Source: a virus
DNA: 64,000 nt
Strand: one strand, 5' to 3'
IMG/VR virus record: IMGVR_UViG_3300045988_090087
Shown here: positions 30,716 to 44,200 of the stretch, in pieces
How the letters are laid out: every line of letters starts with the position of its first letter
Position numbering within the stretch: the stretch's first letter is position 1
Translations under genes and position numbers: made by a program
The notes under the pieces: model-generated
What the model was told of the DNA's origin: nothing
Databases searched by the model: none
The model's input: the letters and a program-made list of their open reading frames with translations, nothing else

Positions 30716-33700
30716 TAACAATTAACTCTAATTTTAACTTTACCAGATATTGTCATATTATATAGGCTAGTACCTCCAGAAACAATATCTTTAAACATCT
30801 ATTCTAATTTATTTATCTATTCTTGTAAATCAATATTTATTGGATAATATTCTTTATTTATTTTTAATCTCTAAATAAGTTCTCTCTAATTATCATATCC
30901 TTCAGATATCTAGGTAAAAGGATTTATAAATTTATGGTCTTTAGTGTTATAAAGCATAACTAAACCATTAGTAGGAGAATTTCTAGGATCTTTTATACGT
31001 ACTATTCTATTATCTCCAGCCTAAGAAAGAGATTCTACATATGGAGCAGAATAAATATCAAATCCTTCAAGGGTAACTCCTAAAGCATTTATAGACTCTT
31101 CTATAGGTAAATTTTTATTATCAATAGTTTGTTGTATGTTAGCTTTGTCAGCCTATCCTAAGTGTCTATACCATTGCATTAATGCACTTGGAGTATATTG
31201 AGGATTCCCGATATTATTTATATCCTCTATTAACTTACTCTAAAATAATGTAGTTAATCTATTATAGCCATATTTATTACCATTTACAAATAAATTATAA
31301 ATCATAAATATATCCTATAAATTAAATTTTCCTACTTTATAGTTTATAAGTTTATTATAATCTTCTTCATAAGATGCATACCTTAATGTAGATTCTCTAG
31401 ATTTATCGATATTAAGCATATCAATATCCAAAGATAGAGCGTATCTATCTCCTTCTTTTTTTAATTGTAATCCATTAATAAATCTATTTTCAGGAAAATT
31501 CTACATTTTTTCACCATCCCAATAAGAACCATTTTTTAAAGAAGGTACTAAATATTTATGAACCCAATATTTAAAAGTAGCAATATTATCTCTACTATTC
31601 ATAATAATTTCAGTATTAGACTATACTTCAATTGGATTCTAATCCTTTAATAATTCCTATCCCTAATGTAATGGAAATGAAAATGGTAAAGTTTCACTAT
31701 TATTTACAGCTAACTAAATATTAGTTAAATACTACTAAATATAAGCCTAATCAATATAACTCTAAATCTAGTTAAGTTTCTTAGAATCAATATATCCTCT
31801 ATCTTTACGTAATATTTCATAAAACTTTCTAACTAACTAACTTTTTGTAGACACTATATCAGTATTTACAGTAGCTGCTTTTTGTAATTCTAAATAAACT
31901 CTATACTAGTCAGAATGATTTATTACATCTAATACATTTATAGAGTCTTTTATTAAATTATAATATTCTGTAGCTAAAGTTCTATAATCAGTATTTCTAG
32001 TAGTACCATCTAATTCTTGTACCTATATAGGGGCATTTATCATATATTCATAAAAACTGAAATTTTTATAAATTCCAGCTTTTAAACTCTATGATACAAT
32101 ACTATATATATAACTATTAGAATAATTAGGATGTAATTCTTTTACTTTACTAAATAAAGCTTCTAAATCAGTAACTAGATCAGTACCTTGTTCATTTAAA
32201 AAACTTGGTAAAAGTTTTCCTGCATATTTAGTTTTTAAATCTTTTATTTCCTAGACACTTGGCAGTATTTCATCAAAACCTTTTATAAAATTATTGAAAC
32301 GATTTTCAAACGCTAACTACTCATTCTACTGAGTACGTATTCCCTAATTCATACTAAAAAGTAACTATGCAGCCGCTGTAGTTTCTCTGGCACCTCTATG
32401 TACAGCTTTAAATCCTTTTAATTTATTAAAGAATAGCCCATCATATCTTTGTCTAAGAAGAGACTCTAAAGGTTCCTAAAACTATTTTGGAGCATCCTTT
32501 AATCTTTTATAAGTTTTAACCTATGGATCTACAGGATTATTATCATTCTCTACATAAATACCATTTATAAAATGTAATGTAGTTCCATTATCTGAAGTAA
32601 TAGAAGTATCGTTTAATAATTTTATTAAAGTTTGACCTACAATAGTATCTCTTCCAGGGTCATATTTATTAATAGTAGTAGGGTCTAATACATACTAAAA
32701 CCAATCTTTTTGTTTATCAGGATTACTAGAAATTAACTAATCTAATACTTTCTAAACATCATTACTTTTAACCCCAATATCAGAGAACATATCAGATTTA
32801 CTTAATCTGTCTACAAGTCTAACTACAGGTGAAGTCATTAAATCTACAATCTAATCTAATGGAAATCCCATTATCATAAGATAACCATGTACTCCTGCTA
32901 AATTCATACCGGCATTTATCTTATTTAAAATAAGCTCTTTAGCATTATCAGTAGCTGCGTTAAGTAACTGAGATATTAAATCAGATGGATCTGTAGCATT
33001 ATTAATTAATGACTACATTAGAGGCATATATTTAGCCTCATCTTCACTAAGTGTAGTATCTATACTATCTAATAAAGTTTGTAGTTTATTAGAATATTCA
33101 TTATTTTTATAAGCATTTATAAAATCTTGCTCATATTCTGAATTATTACCCTAATATATTTCTTGAATAAGAGAATTTTTAATATTAGTTAATTCCTAAT
33201 TAGAACTAAGTAATAAAATAGATAATTTATTTAATCTATTATCATTATTAAAATTAATACCTCCAATAGTTTCTTTTATAACTGGGGTACCATCAATGTT
33301 CATAAATACTCCTTCGAAAGATTTAGCGAAAGTATATAAATCTTTATTATATTTCTCAGGATGTCTTACAATTTCATTATAATAATGTAATAAACTAAAA
33401 TAAACTTTTTCTGCATTAGCTGCTACAGAAATAACATTTTTACCAATTAAGTTCTCTTCCTATAATACCCATTTAGTAGCAGGATTCCACTAAGTGTAAG
33501 TACCACTATCGCTAGCTAACTATTTATCTTTTACTACTTGTTTCATACCTTCTACGTTAGTAGGGCTATATGAATCAAGTAAGTTTCTTTCATCATTTAC
33601 TATAGCCTAGGTAGTCCATGATACCGCATTCTAAAAAGCTAATATTTTATTATCACCAGATAACTAAGTACTCTCATGAGTATTAATATCACTAATTAAC

Positions 33701-34014
33701 TAATTTAATATTGGGCTAGAGTAATTCACTTCTATAGTACTATTAGGACTATAATCTATATTATCTAATACTTTATTTATAAGAGCATTTCTTAGAATAA
33801 CATTATTAGAATCATATGCTCTCTAAGCCTCTTCAGCATATCTTTCTATATTTATACCATTATTAGTTTTTATCCATTTAGAATTTCTAGGTACTGGCAA
33901 TGAACAAGAAGACTCTAAAGCTTCATTAGAAGAATAATCAAATAAATCACTCCATCCAATAAATTGTCCGTTATCATCAAAATTAAAGCCCATTACATAG
34001 GCTTTATCTATATC
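30715..34014 (-). CDS. Giant phage RNA polymerase, 3' exon (TAG=Gln)
   Basis: DIDKAYVMGFNFDDNGQFIGWSDLFDYSSNEAL...ends ...SGKVKIRVNC TAA; frame differs from upstream exon and is restored by removal of the intron. Confidence 0.8.
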
Positions 34015-34373
34015 CGTTATACCTTATATCTTTCAATATAAGACCGACTATATCATCAATCACCTAAAAGATAATTGTCTTGCTCTTCGGAATTTATAAT
34101 TCCTACTCTCTTCCGAGATAGTCTGTGAACCTTCATCTTATAAGTTAAGTAAACTTATCTAAGATGCTTGGCTGCGGATTATCCAATTTTATTTTCTTTT
34201 ACTATATCTTTAATAGTTAATTAAAGCCCTTATATCTATTTCTAGTATAAGTTAGTGAAATAAACTCTAAGGATTTCCCCGTCAATTCACAAGATTTAAC
34301 GACTACAATATTTATTATGTAAAAATAATTCACATAAAAGGAGATTGTCACTAAAATAACGATATTTTAGTCA
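34015..34373 (-). mobile_element. Group I intron (about 359 nt, no ORF) inside the RNA polymerase catalytic motif
   Basis: On - strand: GGATAATCCGCAGCCAAGC, TCACAGACTATC and GATATAGTCGG core elements; exon GACTAT can pair with internal GTAGTC (34306-34301) with U.G at the splice site; intron ends in G; splicing gives GADY|DIDKAY. Confidence 0.88.
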
Positions 34374-37300
34374 ATAGTCAGCTCCCTAAAGCCATGCCTA
34401 AAAATGAGAAACGTAAATTCTATTATTATTAACCTAAGTAAATCCTATAGTTCTCATCTTCATAAAAGATTGTAAAGAAGCTGTAGGAATACGGTCAGCA
34501 ACAGTATCTAAGGTTTTTTCAAAAGAAGCCATTAAATACTTTTGTTTATTTTGATAGTATTCATTTCTAGCATCTTCTAATACATCTCCAACCAAATAGA
34601 ACTAATTATCAATAAACTATTTAAGATTAGGATCTTTAAAAGAATTAGATATTAGTTCAGATTCTGTTTGCTAACTTTTCTAAGAATCACTAATTTCTGC
34701 TCCTAAATAAAATTTCTAATGATATATATCATTAATAATATTAGAAATAGCTAAATCATTTATACCTAAAGCTCTTAATTTATTAATATCTACATAATAA
34801 TAATTATATCTTGAATTAGTACCTTGTCCTCCCTACTAAGTAACATTATATTCTTTTACTAGCTATATATCTCCTTCACTAGTACGTAGACCTACTTTAT
34901 ATAATAACTATTTATCTCTAGATACTTTATATAACCAAGTTAATTCACCTTCTTTTTTAGCTATTATATTGCCCGAAATATCTTCTTCTTTAAAAAATAC
35001 TCCTGCATCATTTTTAATAAGTGGTTCTGAAAAACTTAAATAAGTATGTTTATTATTACCCGTAATAAAAGCTACATCATAATTACCTTTAAAGACTTTA
35101 GGCTAAAAATAATCTGCCCTACCTATCTTAGTCTGTAATAACTTTTTAGCCTCAATTAAAGATAAATTATCTACTCCAAATATTTTACTGTAAATGTTTG
35201 GCATAACATTCTCGGCTGCCTATAGTTGTTTATTCTAAACTACATAAGTCTGACCATTAATAGTAACCTATCCATTATGTAAATCATTCAGAATTTTCTA
35301 ATATTCCTATTTACGCATATTAGAATTTTTTCTATTATTTCTAATACCATCAATTAAGAAAATATTAGTATGACCTACTTTATTAAAAGTACCATCAGGA
35401 TTAATAGTTCCATAATCAAATACAACACGTTCTGGAGCTAAATCTCTACCATGCATAACATCCTAATGTAAAGATACTATTTCTGAATTAGGATCTATTA
35501 AAGCTCCCTAGGATAATAAATACTCTTTTAAAGTTCCATTTATATTAGCATCAATGAAATCATAATAAGTATCAATATTATCTAAAGCTATATGAGTTCT
35601 ATAATTTACATAAGTTTTAGTTTTTTTATCTAAAACTTTATATACTATATCAACTACATCAGAAGGTACAAATTCCTCAAAATTAATATTACCTTTAGCT
35701 TCTTCTAACTGCTACTAGTATAGTAAATAACAATCAATTATCTACTATTTTCTAATCTAATAATCTGAAGATAGAGGTAGAACTTGTAAATTATCATTAT
35801 CAATAATTTGAGATTTTCTGGTTTCCTAGTCATTAGATAATGACACTATTTTATTTTTACCATTAATGACAGGACGATAATCTAAAGGATTAAATGTTCC
35901 ATCAGTCATGGCTGCTATAGCATCATTATATACATCAGAACTCATGTGAGTTTCTCCACCATATTTAAATGTTTGCACATATTTAAATCCTGGAGTTAAT
36001 ACTAAAGCCAATCCTTTATATTTACCTTTAATTCCTTTATTATTAATTACTGTAGCTATAGATGGTAATAAACTACCATATAAAGTAGCGTCACTAAATG
36101 GAATTGCTAAATCCTTTTTTAGTTCATCACTATTAGACTTTAATACTTTAGAAATTCCTTGTAAGATTATATCCCCTAATTCGGCATCACTCTACTATGA
36201 ATAGCTAGCTGCTACTAACTAACCAATGTTTTCTGTTATTTCTTGGACTTCCTAAGTAGTTAATTTTTTACCTTCATTATAAGCTTCCAGGAATTTATTA
36301 GCAGTATCTAATTCTAATTTACAAGTTTCCATAGCTAATTGCCCTAATTCATAATAGACTCTTTTTGATAGATGATGTAAATTACCGCCTTGTTCAAGAG
36401 CAGTAATAGCCTATGTAGGCTAAGTAATTTCTCCTGCATCTTTATCATGGTCAGCATCCAACTATACTCCATAATGAGTCATAGTCATAGGAACATAAGC
36501 TAATGGCTCACTATTAAACCATAAGGCTTTTGAATTTACATTTCCCTAAGCTCTTTTAGAAGCAGATTTATTAGCTAGGTAATGTATCATTTTATTTTTA
36601 TAAGGCTGAATTATTTCATTATTTTCTACATAAGAAGCATTATTTAAAATCTATGCAGAAGCTATATTAGAACTCTCTGAATCTATTAAAGTATTAGTAT
36701 CAATAGCTAATTCTTTACTATAAATTCCGCCTAAAGCTCTATGCAATTCATATACTGAATTTATAGTTTCTATATTTTCATCTTTTTTGGCAAGTCTATT
36801 ATTATATTCTTCAGGGGTTATTTTTTCCTAAGTAGTGGCATCAAATATTTGATATTCCGTATGAAGAATGTCGTTTATTATATTACCATTTATATCCACA
36901 TCATATTCTAATGTATAATATAAATTATTTTTAGTATCATAATTTAAAGAATCAATCTTCCTATATTGTCTAGGTCCAGACTCATAATATAAGTTTTCAA
37001 ACTCATACCCTATATCATTTACTAAATTTAGTTTAATATCATTACCAAATTTTATTGAAGACATCTTCTTAAATATATTGGTAAGTTTTATTTCAGAATT
37101 AGAAGACATTCTCATTCTTTCATTAGTAATAGCATATGTGGCATGTTTCCATAATACTACAGAACCTGTTCTATTATCATAAGCATGTCCAATAGTTTTC
37201 TTATCCATACCTATAGTCTATCCTCCTAAAGACCAAGATTCAAATACAGCTTGTATAGGATTAATAAAGGTAGAACCATCCATAGCATCAATATCTCTAT

Positions 37301-40300
37301 CTTTCTACCCTTTAAAGTTCCAAACATGTGCTCCAATATCTTCTATAGTAGCAGCATTTATGTTCCTGCTAATACCTTGCTAAGTTCCTAACATAAATGG
37401 AATCATAGTAGCAGATACTATATTAGCACGTTTATTACTAGTATTCCATAAATTAGCTTCCTATGCATGAAATAATGTTGGAACATTTTCAGATAAAAAT
37501 TCCATATTTTGAATAGCACTATTTTTAAAATCTATAGACATAGCTTTAGATTTTATATCCTATAAACGTCGTCTTTCCTAATTGTCTTCAGAAAAATTTA
37601 TTCTTTGAGTAATATCACTAATGAAAGCTCCCTTAGCAGAATTATAATCATTATATTTTAATGGGTCAGATAATTCAGTTCCTAACATAGTATATCTCAT
37701 ATTTCCTGATAATAAATTATCAACGCTAAAGAAATACTCTAACATAGGATTTAAGATTATTTTACTAGCATTTCTTGGGAGCTAAGAATCAAATAATAAG
37801 TCTGTACTTTTACCATTTTCATCAATAGCTTTACCAAGAACCATATAATCTCCTCTTGTCCACTATCCTAAATTCCATTCTTTAGTATTACCTTCACTAT
37901 CAGTATACTATCTCCAAGATTTCAAATTATCATTTTTAAAAAAATTATTTGCTAATTCTAAAGCTGGTAAAGATTTAATTATAGGAGGATAATCTCCATC
38001 AGGATCTATATTAATAGTTTGAGTAAGTCTTACTTTAAATCCTTTTTTAAGTAAAGTATCAAGAAAACTTGCCTTCTCCATCTACCATCTATTAATAAAA
38101 TTATTAGGTTTGAACTACTAACTTCCTAAATATACAGCTAAAGGATTTAAAGTAACTTTGTCTTTATTTTTTATATAATTTACATTAGAATATAAATCTA
38201 CTCCAGCCTACTGTGCCATTTTGATTAAATCAGTTTCTTTTAAACCTTTTTCAGCCTAGGCTAATACCTAAGCAACAGTAATATCCTATCCTAAATCATT
38301 CTAATATAATATAGTCTCTGGATCCGTTTTTAATAAAGTAGAAGTAGTAAAGGTACGACCATCTACCTAAATAGTAGGATTTGAAGGTACAGAAGTAGCC
38401 CATTTATCAAATATTTTACTAGCTTCTAAGAGCTAATCTTCTGACATATCATAACCTATATGATACAAGCCATCAGTTCCCCAACCTTTAACAGTATTAT
38501 CTCCGGTAGTTAAAGGAAATGAAGGGAATCGCTATCTATTAATAGCATTAGTTAAATCATATAAAGTATTATTTAAAGAACGTTTATAAAACTATCCAAT
38601 AGATGCTATATAAGATTCTTGAATATCCTGTTTAGTAGCCTTATTTAACTAGAAAGGAGTTTCTGTATTAACTATATTTACTCCAGCTTTTATAGGATAT
38701 ATAAAATCAGAAGTTTTATCAGAATAATCAGCTGGCTTTATAGATATATAAGGATCTGATTCATCAAACAAATGAGAATAAAAATTATCTATAATACCGT
38801 GATATAAGAGTTCTGCTGAACTCATATTTTTTAATTGCTTAGATTTACCATATGCATCTACAGCTTCCAAATCTAGTCTTGGTTCCATAACTAAATTTGT
38901 TCCACCAATTAAATTATTTACAAATAATAACTATGAAGAGGCACTAGTTCTTGTTTCCTATCCTTTATATCTACTTTCAGAATTTACCTATTCTCTTAAT
39001 AATTCTTGAATATTATTACCAATAGAATATTGTCTATAATTAGGTATTTTAGATCCTGAAGCATTAGACGTTACTGCCGATACATTAGTTCCTTCAACAA
39101 TTTTTTTAGATTGTCCAAAAGAGAATAACCAATTATCAAGATAAGCATTAGCAACTCTAAATACTGTACCAATTTCTCCAGGTCTAGCAATAGAACCTCT
39201 AGTAGCTTTTAAATTTATATTATTATATGTATCAGGTAATAATGTATTAATATTAGGATCATAAAAATTAGATATAGATAATTGAGAAGCTGCTGCCTAT
39301 GGATATCTCTTTACAAAATCATTATAATATCCTACTAAATGTTTTACTATTTCATTACGTACAGCTGTTACTAACATACCAGTAAACCCATTATAAGTAC
39401 CAGAACCAAAAAGTTTCTACATTTGGGTATACTATTTTAATAACTAAGCTTTAGATACAGTTTTTAAACCAAGAGAATCTTCTATAAAATCAAACATTTC
39501 TGTAAATCTACTATCAATACTTCCATTAATAATAGCTTTTTCATTAAAATCTCCTCCTATATATTGACTAGTAACATCTTCTCTCTAATTACCATTCAAT
39601 TTAAATATATATATATCTAAATTACTAGAATTAGTTGATAAGATGCCCTAAAGATTAGTTTTTTTAGTATTAGGTCCTACAACTATTAATAAACTACCAT
39701 GTTTAATCTAATAAGTATTAGGTACAATTACTCCAGCGGGATTTGTATAATCTATTTTACCAGAAGTATCACAAACAACCATAGAGTCATTCATAGTTGT
39801 AACAGTTTCATTCTAGTTATTAATAACTTCTGTAGTATTTAAAGTTTCTCTATTATAATTAAATTTATCTTTAACAGTTACCCTAGAGCTAACTCTATTA
39901 CCTTCATTTACAATATAAACTTGTTGATAATTCATAGGGTCTAATGATACTAAAGAAGTTACAACACAATCTAGTATTGTGGCTTTATGTGTAACCCTTC
40001 CCAGTTGTTTTTCAAATAATCCATCTTTAGAAAATCCCCACTATTTTATAGAATGTAATATATCCTACTCTCTCTATTCAAGTTTACCTATTAAATCTTC
40101 AATATGAGGCTCTTTAAATATATCATATAATAATTTATTTGAATTATCTCTAAATGTTTGGGCACGCTGTTTTAATGCAGTTAAATACGAATTATTAGTA
40201 TTAGCTAATTCTTGTCTTAGATGAGTAAAAGCCTCAATAGCTGATATATCGTCTATAAATTGAGACTCATCTTCATTATTAGAATTAATATATGGAATAA

Positions 40301-41282
40301 TTTTAAACAAAGATTTAGACATCTAAGAAATATTAGTAAGTCCATTTATTAATTCATTATCTGACCAACTTTTACGTAAAGAAGATTCTCCCTTTAAAGT
40401 ATAAGGCATATTTCTTTTAGTAAAACTATGATTAGCATTACCCACAACCTTTAAATCTTTACCTATAATTTCTTTGATATCATCATCAAAATTTATAAGA
40501 TTAAAGTAAGCAGCTATAGCATTTCTATATTCTTCATCTGAACTTAAAGAACTTTTAAAATCTTTAGTATAAATTTTATGTTTAAAAGCTTCTAAGGTAT
40601 CTTCTACTTTAGAGTTATATCTCCAAGTATTTTTGTTATTAGCTTCAGTATACATATCTAATTTTTCTATTCCTCCAGTTAAATATGAACTAATAGTACG
40701 CATCCACTAATTTTTTAACTTAACGATGTTACTATTAATAGCCCATTCATTAGAGTTTAATTCATATCCATTTGGAGCTATAAATACAGATTTAATAATA
40801 TTTCTAGTTAAATCAAATTTTCTTAATTTGTCATAACCTTTATTATTTTCATAGGCTATATTTAAAAGTTCTTTATTAGTAGCTACTAGTTCTTTCTACT
40901 AAGCTTTAATAGTAGCTAATATCTATTGTGTAGATGTATCTATACTCTATTCCTAAGATATAGATTCATCCTATGATGTAGCAGGTAATTCAAATATTTT
41001 CAATAATTTATTTAAATCATCTCCTTTAATATTTTCAAATTTATTAGCAAGTAAATTTATCTATTGCTGTACCGCTTTTAAATGGATTTTATCTTCCTAA
41101 GTAAGTGCCTTACCCTCTTCGGGTAAGTACACTACATTAGATATAATTTGCATTAACCTAGCATCATTATTTTTTAAATTTTTCCATTGTCTAGAGTCTA
41201 AATTAATTAAAAATTTTATTAGGGATTGTTTTGACTCAATATTGTCAATACCTGTTATTTTTATAAGTTCTCTACAAGCCAT
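34374..41282 (-). CDS. Giant phage RNA polymerase, 5' exon (about 2303 codons, TAG=Gln)
   Basis: ATG 41282 directly after TAATAA; MACRELIKITGIDNIESKQSL...; fragments 35826, 36828, 38649, 40074, 40323, 41097 all in one frame; ends ...VSHFQAWLQGADY. RNAP call rests on the DxDxD-type motif and on position next to other giant late genes. Confidence 0.78.
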
Positions 41283-41285
41283 TTA

Positions 41286-44200
41286 TTATACTAAATTAAT
41301 AGAACAATTTTTATAATCTATAATATTATCTATATATTTTCCTTCTAGCTATAAACCATCAGTATATGTAGCACCTAATATTTCTTCAATTTTACTTTTC
41401 ATATCTTCTATAGAAGATAAATTCATAAAACTATCTCTAGATAATTGGAACTCGTCATTCATACCAACTTCATCATAAGCCGTTGTATCTAATAACTCAT
41501 CATATATTTTACTCAACACTTCTTTATCCTTAATAGCTTCTTCTATAAGCTTTTTCTTTTTACTAGAATCATCGAAATTTAATTTATATTCTTCTACTAT
41601 ACCATCATTATTTACAATATAATAATTTTTTGGATTATGTTTATCTTTAAAAATATTTTTAGTTTCTCCAGATTTAAAATCAAAACCCTATATAATATCT
41701 TCAGGATTATAACGAATATATTTTAAATTATCGTCTTCTAAATATATTAATGGAGGCGTCTAAGAATAACTACCAAGTGAAGTATTATCTTCTGCAGATA
41801 CTTTTAAGTTATGAGCAGTCATAGCCTCCTAAACAGTAGAATAACTTCCAGTAATTACTCCAATATTTTTAATATTATTAATTTTTTTAGTATCTTCCGA
41901 AATTACAGTTTCTGTAGGCTATTCTTTAGTAATTGTATCAGTACGTTTTTCTAAAGATATATCAGCTAAAGGAATAGGAATAACATCTGACATATATAAA
42001 CTATTTATATTATTAGTTCCTGATGTATTTCTTACTTTTCTAAAATAAGCAGTTCCTCTATCTGCCAAGCTCTTTTTATATAATAATTCTGATCCCTATT
42101 CATAATCTACTCTAGGATATGTCCATATACCCCATCTAAATGGAGCAGTAGATTCTCTGAAAACTTTAGGATCTTGAACTTTAGTAGTACCATGAAATAT
42201 TAAATCTACAATATTAGTAAATTCTGTAGTGCTTCCTATATCTTGACCTGCTTTTATTAAATCCTACATTGGTAATACTTTTATCTGGGACTTACCCTCA
42301 GAGTCAGTATATTTATATTTATATTTATTGGAATCTCTATTCCAAAGTTTATTACCTTGAGGAGACATAGCCATTGATACAAATCTATAATTTTTAGTTA
42401 ATATCATTGGAACTATTTTAAATATACTCCAAGGTTTATACTAATTATTTTTAGCTTCTGCTAATTGCTATTGAGATTTAATTACATCTTGATCTAATTC
42501 TATTAATACTGTACGTTCGTTTCCATCAGTATTATAAGTAGGGAATGCAAACTAATATCTTCTATTATTTTCCTAATAATCTCTTAAGGAATGCATAAAT
42601 AATTTACGAATATCATTAGTCCTACCTTCTTTATCAAAAGTTATATAATTTAATTCATCAAACTCAGAAGTAGTGTCATCATCATTTAGAGTTTTTAAAT
42701 TAATAAAGTCTTTAAATGGAGCTAAAGCTCCTTCTACTACTTTAAGCATTTGTCTCATATATTCAGGAGTAGCATATATATAACTTTTTAATTTATTAGG
42801 ATCAGATTCTTTTAACTTTCTCTATTCTTTTATAAATTCTTGTTTAAAAGTTTCTACTACTGGAGCATCATCATTCCAATTATAAACACCATTGGTATAT
42901 TTAAAAAAGGCATCATTTCTATCTTTTTCATCCCATCCTATATAATAACGAAGATTTTTATTTTTTAGTCCTTCTGGATTTAATCTTCTAAACTAATTAT
43001 ATATATGTAAATCATCATTAGGATTAACCTATAAAGCACTAAGTACTCTTTTTAAATTAGCTCTAGTATTCCATAAATGTGCATACATTCTAAGTCCTAA
43101 CTAAGTCTAGTCCTATGGATATTTATTAGCACTCTCAGTATCAGTAGCTTTTAATGTGTACATATCCTACCATACCTAATTAGTTAAATCCTAGAAAGAT
43201 AATCCTCTGTGAGTAGGTACTATCATACGTACTTTCATTCTATCAAGATTATCCTATTTAGTATTTAATTTATTGCTGCAATACATTTGAACTAATTCCT
43301 CAGTACTCATATTAGGTAAACTAGATACTAAATATACTACTTGACCTTCCATTTTAGGATTTACTCCTTCTAGTTTATTAGCTCCTCCCATATATACAAT
43401 AGGTTCAGAAACTGATAAATATCCTCTATCTTTTAAGGCAGCTTTATTTATAGTATCAGCATCTCTTAAAGTTCCTTCAGTAGTACCCTTAAAAGTCTCT
43501 CCATTAATAGTACGTTCCCATCTCCACGTTTGCTATGGTCTAACTTTCTAAAATGGAATCTGAGAGTTAGTATGTTTTAATAAAGTTATTAAGTTTTTAG
43601 GAGCATTTATTTCTCTCTATCTTCCCTCATCATATATAGCTTTAAACTATTTTACATAATTATCATATGCTGGTAATAATTCTTTATGGTCTTCAACATA
43701 TTTAGAATAAGCTCCATTTATATCAGGGTTAGGTAAACTTCCTAATGTAATAGTATTAGTTACTGTATTACCATCAGGATCAATAGCCTACCACTTAGCT
43801 TCTACAACTGCTACTATCTATTCTCCATTATAATTAAAAGATACTTCATCATTATTTAAATCAGAAAATCCTACTAGAGTATCTGTATCTTTTTTCTTCC
43901 TTAAAGTTATATAATATTTTAAATTTTCAAAAGTTTCTGGAGATTTATTAAAATACTACTATAAGTTCTGATGATTAGCTAAGAAAGCTGCTCCATCCCA
44001 TCTTTCATTAGTATCAGTTCTTCTTACCTACATTAAAGCATATTTTAATGCAAGTAATTGTCTTACTAAACGGTCTTTTTCTTTACCATCTGATATAACT
44101 TGGCTAGCATTATTAAATCTTGCTATAACTCCTACATCAGATAATTCCTTAGATTCAATATCTGGAGAAAACCATTCCTTTTTAGAACTTCTTTTTAGTC

